Shown here in pieces: positions 21,780 through 31,777 of a stretch of 64,000 nt of DNA. The notes below the pieces were generated by a model. The model saw only the letters and a program-made list of their open reading frames with translations, ran no database searches and was not told the origin of the DNA. Each line of letters opens with the position of its first letter. Within the stretch, counting starts at the first letter, position 1. The position numbers were made by a program, and so were the translations under genes. Source of the stretch: an uncultured Clostridia bacterium (lineage in GTDB: Bacteria; Bacillota; Clostridia; TANB77; CAG-508); assembly GCA_934122235.1 (NCBI GenBank), contig CAKOWE010000001.1, positions 30,204 to 94,203 of the forward strand. The letters are read 5' to 3'.

Positions 21780-22085
21780 GAAAATGTGTGTTATGATTTT
21801 TTTGCCTTATTAAAAGGCTGGCACTTTTCTTCAAGATCCAGTGGATGTTCGTCTTCAAGAGAGTTAATCTCATGAGTGAGAGACGAATCAAAATGGTCAG
21901 AGATTTCTCCGCCGTGATAGAGAGGCTTACCTCTGTCGGTCCTACCCAGCCCAGAAATAGGTTCAGCTGAATGGGTGGATGAAGAAGCAAACTTGCTGTC
22001 TGCACCACCTATCGGCGAAATCTTCATTGGGTTTGTGTTGGAACGATGGGAAAAGTTGCTATCGGGTCTTCCTGCCATGTACAAA
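21780..22085 (-). ncRNA. GC-rich ~300-nt element: candidate structured ncRNA of unassigned class (alternative: atypical 95-codon ORF)
   Basis: Local GC is roughly 45% against a very AT-rich background. Two overlapping stop-free frames lie on the same strand. Several nested helices are visible, for example AGATTTC..GCCG (21901-21914) with CGGC-GAAATCT (22013-22023), AGAGG-CTTA-CCTCT (21921-21934) and TTCGTCT (21848-54) with AGACGAA (21881-87). Strand is not certain. Confidence 0.35.
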
Positions 22086-22151
22086 AACCTCCTTTAAAAG
22101 TTTATACAATTATTATACTACTGAATAAGCTAAAAGTAAATATATGTAGGT

Positions 22152-24602
22152 TTATTCAATAGATTTTAGAGATTCAATCATATCAACTTTTTTTAAAGAG
22201 AAATGAATGAAAATATTTACAATAATTGAACAAAGTACAGTTATTAAAATAGCATAAATGTAACTAATGAATTTTATGTCTGCACTAAACATTATTAAAT
22301 CTACTTCACAAGTTTTTATAACATATGCTTCTAAAAAATAACCAATTATTAAACCTAACATAATTCCAATTGCAGTTAAGAAAATATTTTCTCTGTATAC
22401 ATATGAAGACACTTCTTTATCATAAAATCCTAAAACCTTGATTGTAGCAATTTCTCTTATTCTTTCACTAATGTTTGTATTACTTAAATTGTATAAAACT
22501 ACAAAAGCAAGTGCGGCTGCAGATATAATAAGAACCCAAACAATAGCATTTAAACTGTCGAAAGTTTTATCTAGAGAATACCTAGAATTATCTAATTGAA
22601 TTACTGCAGATACAGAATTGTCTTGTAGCAATTCTGAAGAAAGTTCATTTTGAGAAGCTTCATTCATGTTGGCATTTGCAAATATCATATTACATTGATA
22701 TGGAGTTTTTGTTAATGATTCGTATAAAGAACTGCTCATGTATACGTAATGGTAAACATAGTTTTCTGCGATTGCAGAAATTTTTACTTCGTATGAATTA
22801 CCATTTAACGGAACAAGTATGTTGTCTCCAACAGATACATGTAATAATTTAGATAGCTTTTCTGTAATTATAACTTCATCATCATTTAAATGAAGTGGCT
22901 CGTGGTTGATTCGAGCTTGCAAATTTATAATATTTTCAATTGTTGCAGAATCTGTGGCTATTAGAATATATGAATCAACTGAAGTTTCATTTGCAGATAT
23001 GTTAGCACTATTTATTTTTAAATTTGAATAATTAATATTGTGTTCTTCTAATATCTTATTTGCATTTTCTAATGAAGAATTGTCTTTAATTCCTATTTGA
23101 ATATTAAATTTATATATGTTGTCAAATTGTTTCGGAACTAAAGCTGTAACTGAATCTTTTATTCCAAAGCCAGTTACAACTAATGCTGTGCAACCAGCAA
23201 TTCCTATAATAGTCATATAAAATTTCTTTTTGTATCTGAATATATTTCTGCAAGTTACCTTTTTAGTAAAATTTAATCTTTTCCAAATAAAAGGTATTTT
23301 TTCTAATAAAATTCTTTTACCAGTTTTAGGAGATTTTGGTCTCATTAAGATTGCTGGTGTATTTATCATTTCTGAAGTACAAGAATATATAGTTGCAATT
23401 AAAGTACATGTTAAAGAAACTATGCCTGCAATGGCAGGGATTGTTATACTAAAATATAAAGAAACTTTTGGCAAATTATACATGATAGCATAAGCATTAG
23501 CTATTATTCGTGGTATTATATTGATTCCAATAATTGCTCCTAAAATGCTTCCTATAATAGTTGCAAGAGTAGCATATAAAATATATTTCATAGCAATAGA
23601 TAAGCTAGAATATCCTAAAGCTTTTAAAGTTCCTATTTGTAGTCTTTGTTCTTCTATCATTCTAGTCATAGAAGTTAGGCAAACTAAAGCAGAAACTACA
23701 AAAAATATAATAGGAAAAACTTTACCAATAGCATCTATTTTTTCAGAATTTTCTTTATATTCAGTATATCCTATATTGTCTTCTCTTGAGAAAATATATG
23801 TTGTTGGGTATTGAATTTGAGAAATATACATATTAGCATTTGGCGTGTTTATATAAGTAGATATTATAGAGTTATATCTATCGTCATTTATATCTTTGAC
23901 TAAATTTTCTAATTTAGTTTTAACAGAAGATATATAATTTGAATAGTCGGAACTATAAGTTAGAAAGTTATTTGGATTCTTTAATGTAATATATAAATCT
24001 GTGTAAATATTTGAATTAATTATATCTTTTGTAACATATATGAAACCAGACACTTTACCATTTCCTATTTGTGAATTGCCTCTTTCTATAGATATATATA
24101 ATGGAGACTTTATTTTACCTACAACTTTTAATGAATTAGTTGACAAAAAGTCATCGCTTTCAATATTAATATAATCACCTATGTTAACATTTAATCTTGA
24201 ATCAATTAATATTTCATTTGAACTAGATGGAAAAGTTCCTTCTACAAGTTCTATTTTGTTTATATCATTTTCAATTGAGAATACTTTTATAACACTTTCG
24301 GAATTGTTTAAATTTATAATCATATCTTTTGAATATGAAGGATAAATATTTTTAATTTCTTCTATGTTATCTTGTATAATTTTAATAGAATTATCCGTAA
24401 ATCCTAGAGTGGATTTCAATGTAAAATCCATAAAGTTAGAATCAGAAAAATATTTATGAGCTGTATACTTCATGGACGGAGTGGTAGCTTTTATACCAGA
24501 ATAAAAACCAACTCCTAATATTACAATTAATATAATAGAAATAAATCTTTTCCTGTTTGTATGTATTTCTTTGAAAAAATCTTTAATTAGTGAAGAATTC
24601 AT
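22152..24602 (-). CDS. ABC transporter permease, FtsX/MacB family (two FtsX domains)
   Basis: 816 aa with two four-TM FtsX-like blocks separated by large extracytoplasmic regions. Lies downstream of the ATPase gene. Confidence 0.8.
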   Translation of the reverse strand: MNSSLIKDFFKEIHTNRKRFISIILIVILGVGFYSGIKATTPSMKYTAHKYFSDSNFMDFTLKSTLGFTDNSIKIIQDNIEEIKNIYPSYSKDMIINLNNSESVIKVFSIENDINKIELVEGTFPSSSNEILIDSRLNVNIGDYINIESDDFLSTNSLKVVGKIKSPLYISIERGNSQIGNGKVSGFIYVTKDIINSNIYTDLYITLKNPNNFLTYSSDYSNYISSVKTKLENLVKDINDDRYNSIISTYINTPNANMYISQIQYPTTYIFSREDNIGYTEYKENSEKIDAIGKVFPIIFFVVSALVCLTSMTRMIEEQRLQIGTLKALGYSSLSIAMKYILYATLATIIGSILGAIIGINIIPRIIANAYAIMYNLPKVSLYFSITIPAIAGIVSLTCTLIATIYSCTSEMINTPAILMRPKSPKTGKRILLEKIPFIWKRLNFTKKVTCRNIFRYKKKFYMTIIGIAGCTALVVTGFGIKDSVTALVPKQFDNIYKFNIQIGIKDNSSLENANKILEEHNINYSNLKINSANISANETSVDSYILIATDSATIENIINLQARINHEPLHLNDDEVIITEKLSKLLHVSVGDNILVPLNGNSYEVKISAIAENYVYHYVYMSSSLYESLTKTPYQCNMIFANANMNEASQNELSSELLQDNSVSAVIQLDNSRYSLDKTFDSLNAIVWVLIISAAALAFVVLYNLSNTNISERIREIATIKVLGFYDKEVSSYVYRENIFLTAIGIMLGLIIGYFLEAYVIKTCEVDLIMFSADIKFISYIYAILITVLCSIIVNIFIHFSLKKVDMIESLKSIE

Positions 24603-24635
24603 GTTTTCCTCCTTAAATGTTATATAATTCTTGTT

Positions 24636-25337
24636 TTACCATTCTATCTTATCAATAGAAACTGGAGAAGTGTTTTTCTCGACTTTTTGAACACCACCAT
24701 TTTTAAAGTAAATAACTTTATCTGCCATTGGTGTTATAGCAGAGTTGTGAGTAATGATAATTACAGTCATATGCTCTTTCTTTGCCATATTTTGTAACAG
24801 TTTAAGAATTTGTTTTCCAGTATTATAGTCTAAAGCTCCTGTAGGTTCATCACAAAGCAAAATTTTAGGATTTTTAGCAATAGCTCTCGCAATTGCTACT
24901 CTTTGTTGTTCGCCACCAGATAACTGAGAAGGAAAATTATTTAATCTATCTTGAAGCCCAACTTGTTCTAACACAGTGCTTGGGGTTAATGAATTTACAC
25001 AAATTTGAGTTGCCAACTCTACATTTTCTAATGCAGTTAAATTTTGTACTAAATTGTAAAATTGAAACACAAATCCGATGTCATTTCTTCTATATTTGGT
25101 TAATTCTTTTTTGCTTAAATTACTAATATTTTTATTGTCTACAATTACTTTGCCAGAAGTTATTGTATCCATTCCACCTAAAATATTTAAAGTGGTAGTT
25201 TTTCCTGCACCACTAGGGCCAACAATAACAGTAAGCTCGCCTTTGTCTATTTCAAAAGAAGTATTTTCTAAAGCTTTTATAGTAACTTCTCCCATTTTAT
25301 ATTCTTTACAAACATTTTTAAATTCTATGTAAGACAT
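24636..25337 (-). CDS. ABC transporter ATP-binding protein (MacB-type)
   Basis: Walker [10 protein letters not shown], signature [14 protein letters not shown], Walker [12 protein letters not shown] at 25337 follows AAGGAG. Confidence 0.9.
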   Translation of the reverse strand: MSYIEFKNVCKEYKMGEVTIKALENTSFEIDKGELTVIVGPSGAGKTTTLNILGGMDTITSGKVIVDNKNISNLSKKELTKYRRNDIGFVFQFYNLVQNLTALENVELATQICVNSLTPSTVLEQVGLQDRLNNFPSQLSGGEQQRVAIARAIAKNPKILLCDEPTGALDYNTGKQILKLLQNMAKKEHMTVIIITHNSAITPMADKVIYFKNGGVQKVEKNTSPVSIDKIEW

Positions 25338-25494
25338 AAATTTCACTCCTTTTATAATAATGTGAATTATATAACAGTACTTGCTTTTTTACAATAGAAA
25401 AGTAGAGAGTATTTGTTATAGTAACACATTTTAATGTTTAGACACATATTAAATAGTGAATAATTATAGAAGAAGATAAAAAGGAGAATTAAAT

Positions 25495-26349
25495 ATGAAA
25501 ATAGGTCTAGCTTTAAGCGGTGGTGGAATTAGAGGAATTGCACATGCTGGCGCTTTGAAAGCGTTAGAAGAAAATGATATAAAAATAGATATAATAGGTG
25601 GAACAAGTTCAGGCAGTTTAGTGGCTTCTTTGTATGCACTAGGCTATTCCCCATATTATATATATATATTATTTAAAAAATATGCCAGTGAATTAACAAA
25701 GTTAAACAATTCATATATTGCATCTGGAGTAGGAAATTTTATTATTAATAAAAAAGTAAATATAAGTGGGTTAAAAACAGGAGAAAGTATAGAGCAAACT
25801 TATAACAAATTAGCAAACAAAAAAGGAGTGGATAGAATTTCTCAAATAAAAATGCCTATTGTTATACCGGCTGTTGATATATCTACTTCAAAAGAATATG
25901 TATTTACATCCAAAATACCAGAAGGAGAGGATGAAGAAAAGTATATAACGGACATTAGTGTAGGTAAAGCAACGAGAGCAAGTTCAAGCTTCCCTGTCGT
26001 GTTTAGCCCGTGTGAATATAAACACTATATGTTTATAGACGGAGGAGCACTTGACAATATACCTGCTTTAGAAGTAAAAAAGCTAGGAGCAGATAAAGTT
26101 ATATCTATAAAATTTGATAGCGATACAGTAACAAAAGATAGTAATATAATGGATATTGCCATGAAAGTAATAGACATAATGGGAAGTAAGGTTTCAGAAG
26201 AAAGTTTAGATAAAAGTGATTATGTGATAACAATTCCTTCTGATGGAACAGGACTTCTAGAAACTACTAAGTTAGACTATTGTTATAAATCCGGATATAT
26301 GACAGTTATGGAAAATATCAATGATATAAAAAAGATAATAGAAAAGTAA
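25495..26349 (+). CDS. patatin-like phospholipase
   Basis: GGGIRG oxyanion motif, GTSSG nucleophile elbow and a DGG motif. Confidence 0.85.
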   Translation: MKIGLALSGGGIRGIAHAGALKALEENDIKIDIIGGTSSGSLVASLYALGYSPYYIYILFKKYASELTKLNNSYIASGVGNFIINKKVNISGLKTGESIEQTYNKLANKKGVDRISQIKMPIVIPAVDISTSKEYVFTSKIPEGEDEEKYITDISVGKATRASSSFPVVFSPCEYKHYMFIDGGALDNIPALEVKKLGADKVISIKFDSDTVTKDSNIMDIAMKVIDIMGSKVSEESLDKSDYVITIPSDGTGLLETTKLDYCYKSGYMTVMENINDIKKIIEK

Positions 26350-26378
26350 TCATATTTATAGTGATACCAAAATATAAT

Positions 26379-26421
26379 TTACAAAATAAACATCATATAT
26401 TTTATGATGTTTATTTTGTAA
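26379..26421 (+). terminator. rho-independent terminator
   Basis: Perfect 18-bp stem TTACAAAATAAACATCAT / ATGATGTTTATTTTGTAA. Confidence 0.7.
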
Positions 26422-26439
26422 AGAGAATGAGGTGTTAAA

Positions 26440-27349
26440 ATGAATATTGTATACGTAAGTAAAGCAAAAAATATGGATGAAATGCTAACTAAATGGCAAA
26501 CTAAATTGCCTTTGGTAATAAAAAAGAAAATAATCAAAAACAAAATTAGCTTTAAAAAAAGTAAAGAGAATATAGAGTGTAAAATATTTTTAATGGATAA
26601 AATAAAAAATAAGAATTTAGAAATTATAGGACAAAAATTAAAAAATGTAATTGTTGCAAATGAGTATAAAAATGTTGTTCTTTCTAATGAGATAAAAAAT
26701 AATTCAATAATAGTAGACAAGTTACAAGGCTTAAATATATTAGATGGAAGATGGCTATTTAACTATTTAATATTTGATATTATAAAGTATATTTCATTAA
26801 AAAGAAAAAAAGAAATAAGTGAGAATGAAATATCTATTTTAGTAAATAAAACAACAGATACTAATGTGCAGAATATATTAAATATTGCACAAAGCGTAAA
26901 AGTTTTAAATATAGTAACAGAAAACATAGCGATATTTAAACAAATCGAAGAAAAATTGTATAAAGAAAATGGTATAATGATAAGAGTAACCAACAACAAA
27001 AAGAAAAGTTTATTAAGGTCAGATATAATAATAAATATAGATTTTACTAACGAAGAATTTGCAAAGTATTATCTGCCTAGCAAACGGGGTAGTAGTTAAT
27101 ATTAATCAAAAAATAAAAATAAAGAAAAAGAGTTTTGCTGGGATAAATGTTAATGGATATTGTATTAAAACACCTGAAGAATACAAAAGGGAAGCGTTTA
27201 ACGATAATGAAATTTATGAAAGTGCAATAATGTGTAAAACACAGTTTCAAAATATAATAGATAAAATTAAAAATGATCACATAGAAATAGTATCGTTAAT
27301 TGGAAACAATGGTATTATTAGTGAAAAAGAATATATAACTTTACAATGA
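26440..27349 (+). CDS. hypothetical protein (~302 aa); needs a +1 shift at CGG 27085-27087
   Basis: ORFs 26440..27099 and 27059..27349 join at AGC AAA CGG GGT AGT AGT TAA -> ...LPSK-GVVVNINQK... No family recognised. Confidence 0.5.
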
Positions 27350-27514
27350 AAATATATATGTGTTATACTAAAGCCAGTATACAATTTATGTATTGGCACT
27401 TAGCCACGAATTTATAATTATAGAACTATTAGAAATAGTTATTGTATACTAATACTTTTAAGAGGATATGTTTTATATCCTCTTAAAAGTAAAATAATAG
27501 CAATGGAGATTAAT

Positions 27515-28189
27515 ATGTGGAAAAGTTATTTTTATAATATTCAAAAAAAATATAGTATGAGAGTAAGTAAAACAATGCCACTAGTAATTAGATTAGATGG
27601 AAAAAATGTGACAAAAAATAAATCTATAGATTTATTAGATAGAGAAAAAGAAAATAGCTTTAGTAATGCCTTAGAAAAAACAGCCAAGTATTTTACAGAA
27701 AAATATAATTGTTTTGCAATATTTGGCTCAGACGAAATAAGTATTATTTGTCAAAATCCTAAAGTAGTGGTAAAAGATTTAGATTCAGATGAAAATTATC
27801 ATTCAAATGAGATAATAGCATTATTTACGCAGTATTTTTTTGATTATTTTAATGAGTTTGATAAGCATAAAAAAATATATTGGCATGGAAAATGTTTTTC
27901 AATTTCAACAGATAAAATTATATCATATGTAAAACATCGTTCTAGAATAATTCAAAATGTAATGACAACATATTTTCTAGTAAAAAAAGGTATGTATAAT
28001 GGAAATGAAAAACTAGAAACTAGAATAAATACATGTAATACAATTGATGGCTATAATACTGTAAAAGATTTTGAAAAGGGAATGTTGTATTATAATGGTA
28101 AAAGAATTAATTTAGATAAATTTTTAGAAGGACAAGTAGTAGAAACTAACCAAATAGACATAGATAATTTATTTTCGGATTTAATGTAA
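27515..28189 (+). CDS. Thg1-like protein (tRNA-His guanylyltransferase / 3'-5' polymerase family)
   Basis: PLVIRLDGKNVTK and AIFGSDEISII resemble the Thg1 RxDGxxF and SDExS catalytic motifs. About 225 aa. The start may be 27503 or 27515. Confidence 0.55.
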   Translation: MWKSYFYNIQKKYSMRVSKTMPLVIRLDGKNVTKNKSIDLLDREKENSFSNALEKTAKYFTEKYNCFAIFGSDEISIICQNPKVVVKDLDSDENYHSNEIIALFTQYFFDYFNEFDKHKKIYWHGKCFSISTDKIISYVKHRSRIIQNVMTTYFLVKKGMYNGNEKLETRINTCNTIDGYNTVKDFEKGMLYYNGKRINLDKFLEGQVVETNQIDIDNLFSDLM

Positions 28190-28273
28190 AAAAGCTATTC
28201 TAAAACCATCTATATAATTATATAAGTTGTTTTAGAGATGAATGCAAATATATTACAAAAGTTTAAAAATGTA

Positions 28274-28428
28274 TTGACAAATCTTGAAAAATAAGTTATT
28301 ATAATATATGTTTTTAAGAAGAAGTATCCACTTCTCACCTTATTCGCTAAGAAAAAAGGTTAAATATAACTAAATAATTAGTTTATTTATAGTGGATTGA
28401 CTTTTTAAAAAAGTCAATTTTTTAGTTT
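28274..28428 (+). promoter_or_regulatory. infC operon promoter plus leader with terminator-like hairpin (L20-leader-type attenuator)
   Basis: TTGACA (28274-79) then TATTAT after 17 nt. A leader of about 120 nt ends in the hairpin TTGACTTTTT/AAAAAGTCAA (28397-28417) followed by TTTTTT, just before the infC RBS. Confidence 0.5.
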
Positions 28429-28443
28429 ATGGAGGTGTTTTTT

Positions 28444-28950
28444 ATAAAACAAGAATTACCTATTAATTCGCAGATAAGAGCTGCTTCTATACAAGTAATT
28501 GATGAAGAAGGTAAAAAATTAGGTATAATGTCATCAAGAGAAGCACTAGAAATAGCTGGAGAGAAAAATTTAGATTTAGTAATGGTATCTAATAACACAG
28601 ACACACCAGTTTGTAAAATAATGAACTATGGTAAATATAAATTTGAGCAAGCTAAGAAAGAAAAAGAATCAAGAAAAAAACAAAAAACTGTAGAAGTAAA
28701 AGAAGTTCGTATAACACCAGGAATAGAAGACCATGATTTTAATTTTAAAGCTAAAAATGCTAGAAAGTTCATACAAGAAGGAAATAAAGTTAAAATAACA
28801 GTCAAATTTAGAGGTAGAGAACTTAACTATACAAAACTAGGCGAAGCAACACTTAATAAATTCATAGAAGAATTATCGGATGTTGCTACAGCAGAAAAAA
28901 AGCCTGTATTAGAAGGCAAGAACATGTTTGTAATTTTAACACAAAAATAA
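28444..28950 (+). CDS. infC: translation initiation factor IF-3 (probable ATA start)
   Basis: ...INSQIRAASIQVIDEEGKKLGIMSSREALEIAGEKNLDLVMVS... GGAGGTG lies 6 nt upstream of ATA at 28444. The in-frame ATG at 28429 overlaps the SD itself. Confidence 0.85.
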   Translation: MKQELPINSQIRAASIQVIDEEGKKLGIMSSREALEIAGEKNLDLVMVSNNTDTPVCKIMNYGKYKFEQAKKEKESRKKQKTVEVKEVRITPGIEDHDFNFKAKNARKFIQEGNKVKITVKFRGRELNYTKLGEATLNKFIEELSDVATAEKKPVLEGKNMFVILTQK

Positions 28951-28972
28951 ATTTGAGAGAGGAGAAAGTATT

Positions 28973-29176
28973 ATGCCAAAATTAAAAACAAATAAAGCTG
29001 CAAAGAAAAGATATTCATATACAGCTACAGGAAAGGTTAAAAGAACAGCTGCTAATAGAAGACATCTTTTAGCAAACAAAACAAAAAGACAAAAGAAATC
29101 TGCAAGAGTTCCATCAGCATATGTTGATAAAACTTGCGAAGCAGGAATAAAAAAATTATTACCATACGGTAACTAG
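28973..29176 (+). CDS. rpmI: 50S ribosomal protein L35
   Basis: MPKLKTNKAAKKRY..., 67 aa, lying between infC and rplT. Confidence 0.9.
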   Translation: MPKLKTNKAAKKRYSYTATGKVKRTAANRRHLLANKTKRQKKSARVPSAYVDKTCEAGIKKLLPYGN

Positions 29177-29209
29177 AATTAATATAGAGAAATAGGAAGG
29201 TGAAATAAA

Positions 29210-29560
29210 ATGGCAAGAGTAAAAACAGCAAGAACAACAAGAGCAAGACATAAAAAGATATTAAAACAAGCAAAAGGTTATTATGGTGCAAAACATTATA
29301 GATTTAGAATGGCTAATCAAGCTGTTATGAAATCTTTAAAATATGCATATGTAGGAAGAAAAGATAAAAAGAGTAATTTTAGAAAATTATGGATAACAAG
29401 AATTAATGCAGCAGCAAGAATGAATGGAACAACATACAGCAAAATGATAGCTGGAATGAAGAAAGCAAATATAAACATAAACAGAAAAATGTTAGCTGAA
29501 ATAGCTGTTTCAGACGCTGAAGCATTTGCAAAAATAGCTGAACTTGCAAAAAATGCATAA
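29210..29560 (+). CDS. rplT: 50S ribosomal protein L20
   Basis: [28 protein letters not shown]... Confidence 0.95.
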   Translation: MARVKTARTTRARHKKILKQAKGYYGAKHYRFRMANQAVMKSLKYAYVGRKDKKSNFRKLWITRINAAARMNGTTYSKMIAGMKKANININRKMLAEIAVSDAEAFAKIAELAKNA

Positions 29561-29569
29561 GTAATAATA

Positions 29570-29602
29570 AAAAGCAAATTCAAATTATTTGAATTTGCTT
29601 TT
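29570..29602. terminator. terminator after rplT
   Basis: AAGCAAATTC / GAATTTGCTT stem followed by a T-run. Confidence 0.75.
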
Positions 29603-29623
29603 TATTTTTTTATTATTATTAGC

Positions 29624-29981
29624 TTATTCTTTTTTCATTTTAGGTTTTGCAATTAAAGAAGCAATGTAGCCAAAGAACACTGCAGCAGCGATTCCGCCTG
29701 CAGAGGACTTTATTCCACCTGTAAATGCGCCAACTAGTCCGGTTTTTGCTACTTCTTCTATGGCACCTTTAGCAAGTGTATTACCAAAACCTGTTAAAGG
29801 AACACTTGCACCTGCACCAGCAAATTCAACTAATTTTTCATACCAACCAAGTCCACCGAAGAATTGTACCTGCTGTTACAAAGATTACCAAAATTCTTGC
29901 TGGAGTTAGTTTGGTTTTATCTATTAAAATTTGACCTATTATACATATTAATCCGCCGATAATAAAACATTTTAGTAACAT
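29624..29981 (-). CDS. spoVAE: stage V sporulation protein AE; needs a +1 shift at CGG 29858-29856
   Basis: MLLKCFIIGGLICIIGQILIDKTKLTPARILVIFVTAGTIL-GGLGWYEKLVEFAGAGASVPLTGFGNTLAKG..., about 118 aa. Not in the ORF track because it is split. Lies downstream of spoVAD. An alternative GTG start is at 30011. Confidence 0.8.
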
Positions 29982-30057
29982 AATCCAATTTATTTGTTGA
30001 AAAAATTCCACAAAATCACCTCGTTTATATTAAATATTTTTTGCTTAATAATTTACT

Positions 30058-31071
30058 TTAACACTCAATACTAACTGCGTGGGCGATTCCAGGTATAGAT
30101 TCCCCTTGCTGAGCACTGGTTGCATTAGTTAACGCACCTGTTGCAACTAATAATAATCTTTTCAATTTCTTTTGCTTTAATTGATTAAACAAGAATCCAG
30201 AAAAAACAGAAGCACAACAACCACAACCGCTACCACCAGAATGAACATCTTGTTTTTCTCTATCAAAAATTAATACTCCGCAATCATTATAATTAGCTTT
30301 AATATTATAACCTTTAGTTAATGCTAATTCATTTAAAATTTCTTTACCTACGTGACCTAAATCCCCAGTTATTATTGCATCATAGTAACTTGGATTTCTT
30401 CCTGTATCTTTAAAGTGAGTAATAATAGTGTCTAATGCAGCAGGAGCCATTGCTGCTCCCATGTTATTTGAATCTTTTATTCCCATATCAACAATTTTAC
30501 CAGGAGTAATGTGAGTTATATATGGACCCATTCCATCTTTAGTAAGAAAAGCACATCCTGCTCCTGTAACAGTCCACTGAGCAGTAGGGGGTCTTTGATT
30601 TCCAAGTTCAAGAGGAAATCTAAATTGTTTTTCGGCACTACAAAAGTGACTAGATGCTGCACATATAACATTGCTTGCAGCGTTTCCGTCTATAAAGACT
30701 GAGCCTAAGCATAATCCTTCAACGAAAGTAGAACATGCACCAAATATTCCAAAAAAAGGAATGTTTAATTCTCTTAGTCCGAAACTTGATGAAATACATT
30801 GATTTAACAAATCACCGGCAAAGCAAAAATCTATATTTTGAGCGGGAATTTTAGATTTAGTTATAGCCATATTAACAGTTTCTTTTATAATTTTACTTTC
30901 GGCTTTTTCCCAAGTTTTTTCTCCCCAAAATTCATCTTCTAAACATTGGTCAAAATATTTTGCAATAGGACCATCAGATTCTTTTGGACCAACAATTGAA
31001 GCTGTTTCTAATATAGTAACGGGGTTATTAAATTTAATTGTTTGTGAGCCTAATTTTTCCAAATTAATCAT
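30058..31071 (-). CDS. spoVAD: stage V sporulation protein AD
   Basis: 337 aa with a thiolase-like fold and the typical SpoVAD N-terminus (...VGPKESDGPIAKYFD...). Flanked by spoVAC and spoVAE. Confidence 0.85.
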   Translation of the reverse strand: MINLEKLGSQTIKFNNPVTILETASIVGPKESDGPIAKYFDQCLEDEFWGEKTWEKAESKIIKETVNMAITKSKIPAQNIDFCFAGDLLNQCISSSFGLRELNIPFFGIFGACSTFVEGLCLGSVFIDGNAASNVICAASSHFCSAEKQFRFPLELGNQRPPTAQWTVTGAGCAFLTKDGMGPYITHITPGKIVDMGIKDSNNMGAAMAPAALDTIITHFKDTGRNPSYYDAIITGDLGHVGKEILNELALTKGYNIKANYNDCGVLIFDREKQDVHSGGSGCGCCASVFSGFLFNQLKQKKLKRLLLVATGALTNATSAQQGESIPGIAHAVSIEC

Positions 31072-31074
31072 CTC

Positions 31075-31539
31075 CTATACTAAAGTAATACTTTGAGTGT
31101 TAAAAATTAAGTAAACTATTCCAACAATGATAGATGTAGAAATTCCAAATACTAATACGGGACCAGCGACAGTAAACATTTTTGCTCCTACACCCATTAC
31201 ATAGCCTTCAGATTTATATTCCATAGCAGGAGAAACAATTGAATTTGCAAAACCTGTGATAGGAACTAAAGAGCCTGCTCCAGCAAATTTGCCTATTTTA
31301 TTAAACAAATTAAGACCTGTTAGAAATGCACTAATGAAAATAAGAATTATAGAGACAATTGTTGAACTTAAAGTTTTATCGAGACCTCTATATTTACAAA
31401 ATTCCATTATGATTTGACCTAATGTACAAATCAATCCACCAACCCAAAATGCATTAAAGCAATTTTTTAAAATAGGTGAATTTGGAGATTTTTTATTAAC
31501 ATAGTTTTGATAATCTTTTTTTGTATCTAATGGTTTCAT
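31075..31539 (-). CDS. spoVAC: stage V sporulation protein AC
   Basis: 154-aa membrane protein with ...FWVGGLICTLGQ... and GAGSLVPITGFANS motifs. Confidence 0.85.
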   Translation of the reverse strand: MKPLDTKKDYQNYVNKKSPNSPILKNCFNAFWVGGLICTLGQIIMEFCKYRGLDKTLSSTIVSIILIFISAFLTGLNLFNKIGKFAGAGSLVPITGFANSIVSPAMEYKSEGYVMGVGAKMFTVAGPVLVFGISTSIIVGIVYLIFNTQSITLV

Positions 31540-31561
31540 ATTAAATTATTTCCTTTCTTAA

Positions 31562-31777
31562 TTATTCTTCTCTATCTTTGTCAATAGTAAAGCATAAATC
31601 TATTGTAGCTCGGTATTCAACAATTTTTTTTCCATTAATTTTTGCAGTTTGTTCAATAACTGTAAGAGAAGTTAAATAATCTATTGTTTTAGATGCTTCA
31701 GCAACAGTGCTAGTAATTGCATCTTTCCATGATACATCGGAAATACCAGTTAATCTTAAATGTTTTTCAGTAGCCAT
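31562..31777 (-). CDS. dodecin-like small flavoprotein
   Basis: About 71 aa: ...LTGISDVSWKDAITSTVAEASKTIDYL...GKKIVEYRATIDLCF resembles the dodecin fold signature. ATG at 31777. Confidence 0.45.
   Translation of the reverse strand: MATEKHLRLTGISDVSWKDAITSTVAEASKTIDYLTSLTVIEQTAKINGKKIVEYRATIDLCFTIDKDREE

Noticed and set aside
21775-22084. Track ORFs 21775..22008 (77 aa) and 21791..22084 (97 aa) as two protein genes
   Set aside because: They overlap on the same strand in different frames within a GC-rich patch, so at most one can be coding. The stop-free frames are more likely a by-product of GC content. The longer one is kept only as an alternative in the findings.
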